A DNA stretch of 64,000 nucleotides from the human T2T-CHM13v2.0 reference genome, Homo sapiens. The stretch lies in NCBI RefSeq assembly GCF_009914755.1, contig NC_060937.1; one strand, written 5' to 3'. The position numbers and the translations under genes are program-made. Below the pieces are notes generated by a model, which was given only the letters and a program-made list of their open reading frames with translations, did not search any database and was not told the DNA's origin. Below, one piece after another: positions 13,944 to 30,198 of this stretch. Position 1 is the stretch's first letter. Each line of letters opens with the position of its first letter.

Positions 13944-14570
<627 letters not shown>

Positions 14571-14764
14571 ACAGCTCTATAATTTTCTAAGATCCGAGTG
14601 CACTTTTCAACAAGTCACCCCTGTTTCTGCCCAGCTCCCCACTAGAGCAGAGCCCCTGCATGGGCGGGACCCCTGTTGGTTCTGGTCTCTACTTTCCCGA
14701 GTCCAGAGCAGCGTTGGGCACAGCCGGGCGGGCTGGCAGAAGACCCGTGGGTGGCGAACAGCCC

Positions 14765-15595
14765 CCGTGGAGGCTCGGTTCACCCACCGCCAACAGTGCC
14801 CCGGAGGCTCAGTTCACCCACCGCCAACAGTGCCCCGCGGAGCTCGGTTCACCCACCGCCAACAGCGCCCCGCAGAACTCGGTTCACCCACCGCCAACAG
14901 CACCCCGCAGAACTCGGTTCACCCACCGCCAACAGCGCCCCGCAGAGCTCGGTTCACCCACCGCCAACAGCGCCCCGCAGAGCTCGGTTCACCCACCGCC
15001 AACAGCACCCCGCAGAACTCGGTTCACCCACCGCCAACAGTGCCCCGCAGAGCTCGGTTCACCCACCGCCAACAGTACCCCACAGAACTCGGTTCACCCA
15101 CCGCCAACAGCGCCCCGCAGAACTCGGTTCACCCACCGCCAACAGCACCCCGCGGAGGCTCGGTTCACCCACCGCCAACAGCGCCCCGCAGAACTCGGTT
15201 CACCCACCGCCAACAGCGCCCCGCAGAGCTCGGTTCACCCACCGCCAACAGCGCCCCGCAGAGCTCGGTTCACCCACCGCCAACAGCGCCCCGCAGAGCT
15301 CGGTTCACCCACCGCCAACAGCGCCCCGCAGAGCTCGGTTCACCCACCGCCAACAGCGCCCCGCAGAGCTCGGTTCACCCACCGCCAACAGCGCCCCGCA
15401 GAGCTCGGTTCACCCACCGCCAACAGCGCCCCGCAGAGCTCGGTTCACCCACCGCCAACAGCGCCCCGCAGAGCTCGGTTCACCCACCGCCAACAGCGCC
15501 CCGCAGAGCTCGGTTCACCCACCGCCAACAGCTCCTCGCAGAGCTCGGTTCACCCACCGCCAACAGCGCCTCGCAGAACTCGGTTCACCCACTGC
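14765..15595. repeat. CpG-rich VNTR, 35-bp unit, about 24 copies
   Basis: CGGTTCACCCACCGCCAACAGCGCCCCGCAGAGCT in tandem. Confidence 0.97.
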
Positions 15596-17067
15596 ACAAC
15601 CCTGTTTCTCTCCTGGCCACCCCCTTTTCTGCCAGCTCCAGCCTCCACCCTGTTTGTCCACTCCACGCCCAACCTCGCTGTGCCCTTCAGCCTGGAACAG
15701 CCTCGCTGCCTCCCTGACGAGCTCCTATTCATCCTTCACAACCCGGCTCAGATGCCCCCACCTCAGGGAGCCTTTCCCAGAGGCCCAGCTCTGTGAGCCC
15801 CACGGTGACCCACACAGACCTCTATGTCCCCACAAAGGGGAACAGCGTGGACGCCAGGAACGCCCCCAAGTCATGGACTGAGAGGGGGGCCCAGGACTTT
15901 CGGCGACTCCCGCGTGGGGCTCTGCGTGTCTCCCGAGGCGCCCTGTGATCGGGGCCTTCACTTGCTGTGAAGGTGGGCCTCTCGCCCTTTCCCACCCCTG
16001 CTGCACACCTTGCTGCTGAGTGAACGCGTCCTCATGCGCTGGAGCCAGTGCTGCCCCTTGGGCCGTCAGCCCCACCCCTCAAAGCCTCCTGAAAAGGCCC
16101 CCGGTCAGAGCTGCGCTGGCGGAGTCTGGGCTGCCCTGTGTGACCGCTGCCCGCCCAGCAGTGCGGGGCGAGACCGGGCCTCCCTCAGCGTCCCCTCAGC
16201 ACTTGGACAAGCTGCAGAACCCACAGGGAATGGAATGTCTTCCTCCCAGGGGCCAATATAAACAGCAGGGTGCCCGGCTTTCCTAATTTAGTTGTTGGTG
16301 GCTCTGGCCAGCCAGAGAGGTCGTTTGAAAATACAATGAGACTAGAGGCCATCACAGCGCAGGAGACACACCCGGGCCCACCATGATATGGACAGCAGCC
16401 CCTGTTGGCAGGTTCTTTGCTGGGGACTTTCTGGCCAGCAGGGCCTGGAGGTCACTGTTCTGCCCAGTCAGTGGCTGTGCTGGGCTCACCCGAGCCTGGC
16501 CCTGCGGCAGGGAACACCCTCAGCCGCAGTTTCCTCCTCTGAGAGAAGGGCAGGGCCGGTTTCACGTGGCAGCTGGGCCTGCAACTGTCTGGCTGTTCCA
16601 GGAGCCTGCTCAGAACACGGACCAGCCTCAGCCATGTCACACACATCCCTGTGCCAGCCTCCACATGTTTCTGACAGGGACACTTGGATGCCCTCGGCCA
16701 ACAGCGCTTAGAAAACATGTCCTGGGCCTCCATCAACACCAGAGGCCTGCACTGCCATTTCCTGCCCCTCTGCGGATGAGCCTGGAGCCGCCCCCCCTTC
16801 CTCCCCTTGGCAGATTGGCCCCCACCCTCCCTCCCTCAGTCCCCAGCCTCCCTGCCCTCTGCGGCTCAGCCCCCGGCTTCCCTCCCCTCTACAGCTCAGT
16901 CCCGGCCTCCCCGATATGCTCTCAGGGCACTACAGGCCTGTCTGGGGGCACACATCCTGGCTGTGGCTCCATCTGTGCCTGTGGAACTGCTCTTGTCGCT
17001 GTGGTGCCAATGCTCCTCTTCCAGGGGCAGGGCCACGTGCCTCTGCACATCTCCCTGAGTGTGCTGA

Positions 17068-17380
<313 letters not shown>

Positions 17381-17879
17381 TCAGCCTCTTCTGTTTTTAT
17401 GGCTGCTTGTTCTGTGCCCATTTTCCCCTGAAGCCATGAAGATCAGGGAGGGCGACACCTCCCTAGGTAGCCAGCGCCCAGCAACCCCCTGGGGCAGGTG
17501 AGGAGAGGGGAGGGGCCGTTTGGCAGCTGCGGTGGCAGAGTCCCTTCCACAGCTCATGGACAGAGACACTGGGGCTGCACCTTTGGGCTCCTGGGGTTCT
17601 TGCTGGTCAGCCTAGAGGGACGAGAGCCCTTCTGGAGACGCGGACCTGCCCGTGTCCGGGTGGGGCAGGGTGAGAAACGCCTGCCCGCGATGTGGTCCCC
17701 AAGCAGAGTGTGGACCTGGAAAGGGTTTAACCAAAGGCATTGAATAAGTGGCCTCCATGGCCCAGCTGCTCTACTGATGACAGGAAATGTTCTGCCCAGA
17801 GGCCAGCCAGGCGTGGGCTCAGTGGCCGGCTCCAGGCGACCAGGCAGGGTCCACCGAATTAGTGTTATAAAAAGAGAAG

Positions 17880-18180
17880 GGCTGGGTGCGGTGGCTCATG
17901 CCTGTAATCCCAGCACTTTGGGAGGCCGAGGCAGGCGGATCACGAGGTCAGGAGTTCGAGGCCAGTCTGGCCAACAGGGTGAAACCGCAACTCTACTAAA
18001 AACACAAAAATTAGCTGGGCACAGTGGTGTGTACCTGTAGTCCCAGCTACTCAGGAGGCTAAGGCAGGAGAATCACTTGAACCCAGGAAGCAGAGGTTGC
18101 AGTGAGCTGAGATCGTGCCACTTCACTCCAGCCTGGGTGACAGAGTGAGACTCCATCTCAAAAAAAAAAAAAAAAAAAAA
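17880..18180 (+). mobile_element. AluS-like SINE
   Basis: Forward Alu with poly-A tail. Confidence 0.93.
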
Positions 18181-18286
18181 GAGAGAGAGAGAGAAGCAAG
18201 CTCGCCTCCTTAGTAGTTTTTTTAAAATTGGTTTTAAATAACACAGATCCCTTTAATTTGAGGCTCCTAACATTTTACAAATAAAT

Positions 18287-18322
18287 CTATACTTGATCTT
18301 AGCCCAAAGGCTGAGGAGAGAT
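18287..18322 (-). pseudogene. 3'-truncated U2 snRNA retrocopy (about nt 1-36)
   Basis: Minus strand ATCTCTCCTCAGCCTTTGGGCTAAGATCAAGTATAG versus the U2 5' end ATCGCTTCTCGGCCTTTTGGCTAAGATCAAGTGTAG. Confidence 0.8.
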
Positions 18323-19099
18323 TACTAAAGAATCTAATATTAGATTTATGAAAAAGAAAATCTAACCCCAAGGGATGAGTATTTTCTAAAAATCCTGGAA
18401 GGCCAGGGGCCCGGCTGGGATCCCGTGGGGTGGCCGAGAGTGGCCCCCAGGCGGCGGCAGAGCTGATCTGGCCAATCCCCTCCCCAGCAGCTTCTGAGCA
18501 TCATTGCAACGGTCACCGTCTATCTAGTAAAGCCGAGAACAAGTGTTTGCTAACTGCTCCCTGTTGATTTTTTGTAACTAGGTGGGGAATAGCTCAGACT
18601 GTACTAATGAATCAGCTGGAGAACCTGAGTATCTGTATTTCCTGGAAATAAATCTGGCTAATGGTCGATGTGGACTTTTGGGCTAGGATACCCCAAGGCC
18701 TTGACCTGAACATCTTTTTGTGACCTACATAAGATCTTATATGTGACTGACTTAGCTGGGACCCACAAAGGGGCGTCTGGTAAACCGGCAGTGACCAACG
18801 AAGGGATGTCTAGTCGGCCGGCTGTGACTGATAATGGGGACACTGTCCATCCCAGGCTGACTGAGGCCATAAGCGCTGGATGCTCTCCCAGGCCTGAGAC
18901 ATGAGTAAGTCAGCAGAGGGTTCCAGGGATGCTTGCCTGCCGCCTAATTACAGCAACTGCCTAGGGTCCCTCAGTACCTGTGGGACATACAGGGTATCGG
19001 GTTAGTGAGCTTCTGTCACCAATTTGTGCTACAAACATATAGATTATAAAGGAAACCGATGAAGCAGTAGGCACAATTTCTAACACATAATAAAAACAC

Positions 19100-19440
19100 A
19101 ATATAGTATATTATATTGCAACAGGATGCTGTTATGTTGGATAATAGCGTTATTGAAGGTTAAATTCCGATTTTGAATAAGCAAACAGTGGTTACAGAAG
19201 AGCCTGTCTTTTCTGAGGAATTTCATCTGAAATATTTATGGTGAGAGGATATAGGGTCGGCAGGTTATTCTCAAATGTTTCAGAAACAATTGTGTGTGCG
19301 TGCTCATATGTGCGAGGGTGTGCGTGCGAATGCACGAGTGTGTGCAGTGAGAGATGAGGGAAAATATTAACGGCTGCTGATCCTGGGCAAAGGGGCGTGG
19401 GAGTTGTCGGAGCTAGTTTTTTTGAAACAAACTTAAAAGT
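19100..19440 (+). mobile_element. Old L1 (L1MC/MD/ME-type) 3' end fragment
   Basis: Resembles recalled old-L1 3' UTR motifs (CTGAAATATTTATGG...TTCTCAAATGTTTCAG...GAAAATATTAAC). Confidence 0.5.
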
Positions 19441-19881
19441 GAACCATTAAGATAGGAGAGAGAGACAGCAAAGCTGCGTCATGACAGGTGTCATTCAAGG
19501 ACCGTGACAGCACAGACGGCTGCTGGGAGAGGCGATGCTTTGCGGAACCCCGGATGCACCAGCACCCCACTGGCAGGGCCCCGGGGACTCTGTGCTCTCT
19601 GGTTTCCTGGTGTGTGGGACAAGACAAGGCTGTCCCCCCAATCTGCAGGCTGGTCATGGTCCCCGCCGGCACCACCAGGGCCCCAGGTCGTGCAGCCTGT
19701 CTTGCCCGAGGGAGAGCCAGAGTGGGGGGTCCTGGGCGATTGCCCTTCTCAGGGTACAAGGAGGATGGGGAAGGCAGGGAGATGCTGCCCACAGGGCCAC
19801 ACGATGGTTCAGACCCTGGGGACCGCCCCTGTGGCCATCAGACAGAACGTTCGCGATGTGTGTGGTGCCAGACACAGAGTG

Positions 19882-19992
19882 CCCCAGATCAGGCGCAGTC
19901 CCTGCCTTTGTCTGTCTGTCCCAGATCAGGCGCGGTCCCTGCCTTTGTCTGTCTGTCCCAGATCAGGCGCTATCCCTGCCTTTGTCTGTCTC
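19882..19992. repeat. Tandem repeat, ~37-bp unit x3
   Basis: CCCAGATCAGGCGCAGTCCCTGCCTTTGTCTGTCTGT. Confidence 0.85.
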
Positions 19993-20121
19993 AGCCCTTG
20001 TTTGCTGACCAGCAGCCGCTGCTCGGGGTGTGGCACACGAATCCCGAGACGGTCTCAGGCTGTTCTTTGAGACTCATGTGAATGCTTTTCCCGCAACAGG
20101 CTAAGTGAGCTGATAACTTAT

Positions 20122-20232
20122 TTCTGTGTGTTAACTGGAAATGCGTTTACACACCAGGGATTTTAACCAGGGAAGCTTCTGTGTGTTAACTGGAAATGCG
20201 TTTACACACGAGGGATTTTTACCAGGGGAGCT
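20122..20232. repeat. 55-bp tandem duplication
   Basis: TTCTGTGTGTTAACTGGAAATGCGTTTACACAC at 20122 and 20177. Confidence 0.9.
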
Positions 20233-21377
20233 GCAGTGCCTGCACTGAGATTCCAGTTATTTCCAACCTAATGGGACCTTTGGAATGCATTTCAATGATG
20301 GAGTTTTTAAAGCACAGATGTTTGGATTGAACATCAGTTTGGGTATTACCAATTTTATCAGCTGATATTTTATTAATTTTTATACCCACAGCCAAAACAG
20401 GTGGCATTGGCTTCTGGCAGCTTGGGCCTGAGGTTATGCAATCGCCAGGGTTTGCTGAGGGCTGTGGTGGTGGTGAGGTCTTCCAGAATTAGGGGAAGGG
20501 GAGAAGGCTTGAGTGTGGTTTTCGGATGCGTCGGGTTTAAAAGCTACTCTGTGCTCATGAACTGCAGCTCTGGGAGAAATACTCAGACCCCCTGAATCTT
20601 AGTTTCCTTGTCTACAAAATGGGGGTAGTAAAAAGGGCCCCGCTTCTAGTGGAGCATGGAATAGATAGGGGAAATAACATTCAAATGCCACCTGCTGCAT
20701 GGCTGGCCATTAGGGAGCCTGCAGCAGCATGGTTCTCGGTCTGACGGGGGCTGGGCTTCGCCACTTCCTCGGCTGGGTGCTCTGAGCGGCTGCCCTGCCC
20801 ACTCAAGTCACCGAGCCTCCCTGGATCCGCTTCCTCCAACGTGGGAAAGGAAGGACAGCTCTGCCATGGCTTTCAGATATGAAAACACTGGACACAATAA
20901 TTTTAAATATAAATGCAAAATCTCTAATCAAAGAGTTTGGGAAAACGGATTCATCTAAATCAGCCTGAAGTCTAAACATGTGTGTGTTACTGACATGCTC
21001 ATATTCCCACATGGCACATGTTCCTAGTGTGTGACTTCTGTGTGGTGTGTTCATGAGGACACACATGTCCTTTCTCAGCCACGATTGGAACTCTCCATCC
21101 CAAGTCCTGGCTTCAGACCTCACATCCGTGGGCCTGAGAGAAAGGTGTCTGCCAATAGCTTCAGGCTGAGAATGGGCATATTCTGGACCCCACCTTCCTC
21201 TGAAGCACCCTTGTCTGCCATCTGGGAGTGAGAGGCACTCATCCTCCTGCCTGCCCCTTCCTGGTGCCTGATGTCTTGCAAGAGATGCGGATCCACAGGG
21301 ATGTGCAACACTGATGCTCCCAGAGAAGAACCCCTGGGGAGCTACACCTTGCTGGGCCTAAGAGGTTGTATAATGTG

Positions 21378-22430
21378 CCCTCTTTTCCTTCCCTCCCTCC
21401 CTCCCTCCCTTCCTTCCTCCCTCCCTTCCTTTCTTCCCCTTCCCCTCCCCTTCCCTTCCTTCTTTTCCTTCCCTCCCTCCCTCCCTCCCTCCCTCCCTCC
21501 CTTCCTTCCTTTCTTCCCCTTCCCCTCCCCTTCCCTTCCTTCTTTTCCTTCCCTCCCTCCCTCCCTCCCTCCCTCCCTCCCTCCCTTCCTTCCTTTCTTC
21601 CCCTTCCCCTCCCCTTCCCTTCCTTCTTTTCCTTCCCTCCCTCCCTCCCTCCCTCCCTCCCTCCCTCCCTTCCTTCCTTTCTTCCCCTTCCCCTCCCCTT
21701 CCCTTCCTTCTTTTCCTTCCCTCCCTCCCTCCCTCCCTCCCTCCCTTCCTTCCTTTCTTCCCCTTCCCCTCCCCTTCCCTTCCTTCTTTTCCTTCCCTCC
21801 CTCCCTCCCTCCCTCCCTCCCTTCCTTCCTTTCTTCCCCTTCCCCTCCCCTTCCCTTCCTTCTTTTCCTTCCCTCCCTCCCTCCCTCCCTCCCTCCCTCC
21901 CTTCCTTCCTTTCTTCCCCTTCCCCTCCCCTTCCCTTCCTTCTTTTCCTTCCCTCCCTCCCTCCCTCCCTCCCTCCCTCCCTCCCTCCCTTCCTTCCTTT
22001 CTTCCCCTTCCCCTCCCCTTCCCTTCCTTCTTTTCCTTCCCTCCCTCCCTCCCTCCCTCCCTCCCTCCCTCCCTTCCTTCCTTTCTTCCCCTTCCCCTCC
22101 CCTTCCCTTCCTTCTTTTCCTTCCCTCCCTCCCTCCCTCCCTCCCTCCCTCCCTCCCTTCCTTCCTTTCTTCCCCTTCCCCTCCCCTTCCCTTCCTTCTT
22201 TTCCTTCCCTCCTTCCCTCCCTCCCTCCCTCCCTCCCTCCCTTCCTTCCTTTCTTCCCCTTCCCCTCCCTTCCCTTCCTTCTTCTCCTTCCTTCACTCCC
22301 TCCCTCCCTCCCTCCCTCCCTCCCTCCCTTCCTTCCTTTCTTCCCCTTCCCCTCCCCTTCCCTTCCTTCTTCTCCTTCCTTCACTCCCTCCTTCCTTCCT
22401 TCTTCCCTCCCTCCCTTTCTTTTTTCTTTC
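21378..22430. repeat. ~1.05-kb polypyrimidine/polypurine minisatellite, ~60-70-bp units with variable (TCCC)n
   Basis: Almost only C and T on the + strand; continuous with the Alu tail at ~22430. Confidence 0.97.
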
Positions 22431-22729
22431 TTTCTTTTTTTTTTTCAGGGTCTTACTGTGTTACCCAGTCTGGAGTACAGTGATGTGATCTCACCTCACG
22501 GCAACCTCAACCTCTCAGGCTCTGGCAATCCTCCCACCTCAGTCTCCCAAGGAGCTGGGACTACAGGCGCCAACACCATACCCAGCTAATTTTTGTATTT
22601 TTTTTTTTTTTTTTTGTAGAGATGGGGTTTTGCCATGTTGCCCAGGCTGGTCTCAAACTCCTAAGCTCAAGCGATCCTCCCGCCTCAGCCTCCCAAAGTG
22701 CTGGGATTACAAGCCTGAGCCACCTGGCC
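22430..22729 (-). mobile_element. AluJ-like SINE
   Basis: Diverged reverse Alu with CTCAAGCGATCCTCCCGCC. Confidence 0.88.
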
Positions 22730-24139
22730 ACACCTTATTTCATAAGAATGTCTTGGAGAAAGAAAAATAAAAACTCCATCACTTAAACTATGGACACCAT
22801 AAAATATAAGATGCACCACAATTTCAGAAAAATTAAATACAAAAATGAATCCTAGAATGAAATACAGCATCGCTGCGCTGTAGGGAGAGACTAAGTCCTT
22901 TTCAGAAGAGCTGGGGAGCAACACTGGAAGTCGCCATAAGAGCAGGTGTTTGCAAATGCCACTCACGCGATGGAAACCACTGAGAGCCACATCCATGGGG
23001 TATTTGAATTATGGCACAGGAGTACAATGGAATACTAGGCAGCAGTTAAAAAGGCGCAGATTGGTCTATGTATGGTGATACAGATAATATTTTAAAACCT
23101 AGTTTAATGAAAACAGCCAAAAGCAAACCATGACATATACCATGCTTCCTGTTTGGGGAAAGAAATAGTGTGTGTGGCATAGCACACACATGCAGGTGTG
23201 TCTCACATACAGGTGGACAGCCAGGGTGTGTGTGTGGAGGAGGCTCCTGGGAGGAGAGCATGGCCTTGTTATCTCACATAAGCAGGTGTGTCTCACACAG
23301 GCACACAGCTCGGGGGGTGTGTGAGGAGGCTCCTGGAAGGAGGCTTAGGCGACCGTGACCGTGTTATCTGGGTGGTTGGAAGCAGCTTTCCCCACACGCC
23401 GCCTTTAACAGCATTTGGATTCGCGAAGCTGTGCACACGTCATTTTTATCGCAAAAATGAAACCTGCCGGTGCCGTTTTAAACAGCAGAGTTGGCTCAGT
23501 GTCCCCTCAGTGCTTTCTTTGGCTTTTTCTTTTCAACTTTTGGGTGTCTCTGTAACAGGAAAGTGAAGCAAGGCACTGCCAGCTTTTGTTTACGATGCTT
23601 GTGGATTTTGTGTTTGTGTGTTTTAATCTATAATCAGTTTGTAAATAGACTCACTTTCTGATTCTCACGGAGGGGTTTGATTTGCGGATGGAGACCGAGT
23701 CCACCCCGTTTGAATGCAGCCGCGCCCTGCTCATGCGAGCTGGCCTTCTCTTCCATACAGCAGGGTGGAGAGGGAAGCCCACTTTCCGGTAAGCGGGCAA
23801 AACAGGTACTACGACCGTGTTACTTATGCTAGCAACAGTTCCGACTTACCTTAATTGGGTTTCTTTTCCTGAAAGGTAATTCTCAGTTAATTTCCCCACA
23901 CCCACGGGTGCTGGGACCACACTCCATGGACGTGTGTGACGTGAGGCCCTTCGCCCCCGTGTGCCTGTCTCTCTGGTTCTTCTGACTTAAAGCACCAGTA
24001 GCAGCACAGTTAGTCCAGTTATTCGGAAGCTCAGCACGGAGCCACATTGCTGCAGCATAGAAGGCCACGGATTCCTCCATCAGCATGGACTACACTTCCC
24101 ACAAAACGAACGGGGCATCTCTATGGAAAAAGCAAAGCG

Positions 24140-24805
24140 TGTCCCTATCCCTGGGACACCCCTACCCCTGGGACACACCTAGCCCCAGGACCCGCCCACC
24201 CCCGGGACCCGCCCACCCCGGGACACCACTACCCCTGGGACATGCCCACCCCTGGGACAACCCTACCCCCCCCGGACACGCCCTGGGACACGCCCACCCC
24301 CCAGGACCGCCAACCCCTGGGACATGCCTACCCCTGGGACACCCCTACCCCCCACCAACATGCCTACCCCGGGACATCCCTACCCCCAGGACATGCCTAT
24401 CCCCAGGACATCCCTACCCCCAGGACATGCCTATCCCCAGGACAGACCCACCCCCGGGACACGCACATCCCCAGGACAGACCCACCCCCAGGACACGCCT
24501 ACCCCTGGGACACCCCTACCCCCGGGACACGCCCACCCCCAGGACACCTCTACCCCCGGGACACGCCCACCCCGGGACACCTCTACCCCCGGGACACGCC
24601 CACTCCCGGGACACGCCCACCCCGGGACACGCCCACCCCCGGGACACGCCCACTCCCGGGACACCTCTACCCCTGGGACACGCCCACCCCCGGGACTTGC
24701 CCACCCCCAGAACACCTCTACCCCTGGGGACACCCCCATCCCTGGGACACGCCCATCCCCGGGACATGCCTACCCCCAGGACACCTCTACCCCTGGGACA
24801 CGCCT
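24140..24805. repeat. C-rich (G-rich on minus) minisatellite, ~18-19-bp unit GGGACACGCCCACCCC(C)
   Basis: About 35 degenerate copies. Confidence 0.93.
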
Positions 24806-25303
24806 GCTCCTTGCACTGAATGAATGCAGGGGTCATTTCCATCAAGGGGAGGCGGCCGGGGAGTGAGGCGCCTGGAAGTGGTTGGCGGGGCTGGCCCGGG
24901 AAGCCTGGACCCAATGCGCCTGGGAGCTGGGAGTCCGTGGCCCCCACCTGTGAAGTCCACCAGCCTCTCTTGCCAGTCCACTCACACAGGAATCCTAAGT
25001 GGGAGCATAAAGACATCACCACTTTCCCCTTTCAAATCATCCCATAGAAGAAGACGCCCGTGGGGGTAGGGCTTGTATTTTGGATGCCCACAGAGATTCC
25101 AACCAACCAGGCTTTCTGCCCCAGTGCCTTCTCTCCCTGAGGCTGGGGCTTCCTCTGGGATTCCAACTCTGCCCAGAGGCGAGCCCTTTAATGAAATCAC
25201 AACAAAAAGAGAGGCCCTAGCCAAGCGGCCAAGCACAGCGGTAAACATCAGTCAACTGCTGTTTTATTCACACCAGATGCTGCATGGAAAAATCACGTCC
25301 AAA

Positions 25304-25309
25304 TTTATT
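25304..25309 (-). terminator. Poly(A) signal of the short ADPRHL1 isoform (second AATAAA at 25263-25268)
   Basis: AATAAA on minus ~815 nt after the exon 7 stop; GU-rich sequence downstream of the second hexamer. Confidence 0.7.
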
Positions 25310-25996
25310 TTAAACAAGAGCAAGTGGTCTCTTTTCCAAGACTCTCTGAGAGAGAACCTCATCACAGGGACAGCGCTTCCTCGTCAGCGAGCCCGATGGG
25401 GCAGGCGCGGAAGGGAAAGGCCTTCTCTGCATTTGGACTTGGCCCACTAAGGCAGACCACAGAGAGACGCCGGAGCTGGCAGGAGGCCATTTATGTTCTG
25501 GTTTTCTCCGTGAGTTGTTTCAAAAAGGGATTGATCTTAAAATCTAGTGTGATTAAAAAGGTGGGTGGGGTTAAGAGCAAAATATGCTGCTATATGTGTC
25601 CCGCAGGCCCCAGTGTGGACTGTTTCTCTGTCCAGGAACACACGACCCACTGTGGACATGGGAGGGTGGGGGGTGGGGGGAGGTGCATTGGCCCTCACGG
25701 GGAAACGCATGCCTGGAGGCAGAGGCAGGACAGAGGGTCTGCAGCGGGGGGGCCTGCTGGAGGCCACCACCGCAGTTAGTGTTGTTGAAGTGAGTGAGTA
25801 AACAGCATTAGCTCTGCGACAGAATAAAATACAGCGCCTGTCCAGGAGACTGCGGGTGAGTGCCACGCATGGAGGTCCAAGTGCGGCAAATCTACGCAGT
25901 GTCAATGTTGATGGTGGAGGACGGAAAATATTCTCGCAGGACAAACAATGTATTTTATGCAACAGTTAGGATTCTGAAATTGGAAACAGAGAGTTA

Positions 25997-26828
<832 letters not shown>

Positions 26829-27443
26829 TCATGTCTGTGGTCAAGCTCAGCTCCAAGCCTCACTGAAGGGAGGCAATTTCAGCCAGTCTCACAGAACCAT
26901 AACAGCTGCTCCCACAAGGCACAGGGTTGACCTTACGGGTAGGAGCTGCCTGGAGCTGCCACAGCCACTCTGCTGGGCTTCCTCCTCTCCCTCCATGGCC
27001 AGAGACGGCCAGGGCGGCACAGAGCCAGCACGGATGGAGCAGGATGCGAGCCCAGGACCTAACTCCAGGCCACAGTCTGCGACTTTGCACAGAGGCTGCA
27101 GAGCAAAGGACAAGATGACGGTGACCTTGGAATGGAACCCTGTGAAGGTGGCCAGCCTGAGGCAGCAGTGGCAAGGGCAGAAGCCCCCACACCCCTACAC
27201 CCCACCTATTCTAAGGCTGCACTGGCCTCCAGGCTCGTGGACCAGGTGAGAGACTCTTGGTCTGCTGGAGCTCACAGCAGGCACCTGCAGCTGCACCTGT
27301 ATCCTGTAATGTCCTCACATGAGCACGCTTAGGTCAGCAGGTATACCCTGGAGCCTGTGCCCTCCCAAAGTGGGTTCCAGAAAGGAAGAGATGGACGCAC
27401 ATGCTGGAGCTCAGGAGGTGGCCCCTGAATGCCTGCAGTCCTA

Positions 27444-27707
<264 letters not shown>

Positions 27708-27741
27708 TTACAGCACAAGCTTTCTGGGCCCCTCCTAGTGA

Positions 27742-29202
<1,461 letters not shown>

Positions 29203-29210
29203 ACTTGCTA

Positions 29211-30198
<988 letters not shown>

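Noticed and set aside
21239-22589. Long G/R/E/K and P/S/L/F ORFs
   Set aside because: Translations of the two-letter purine/pyrimidine tract.
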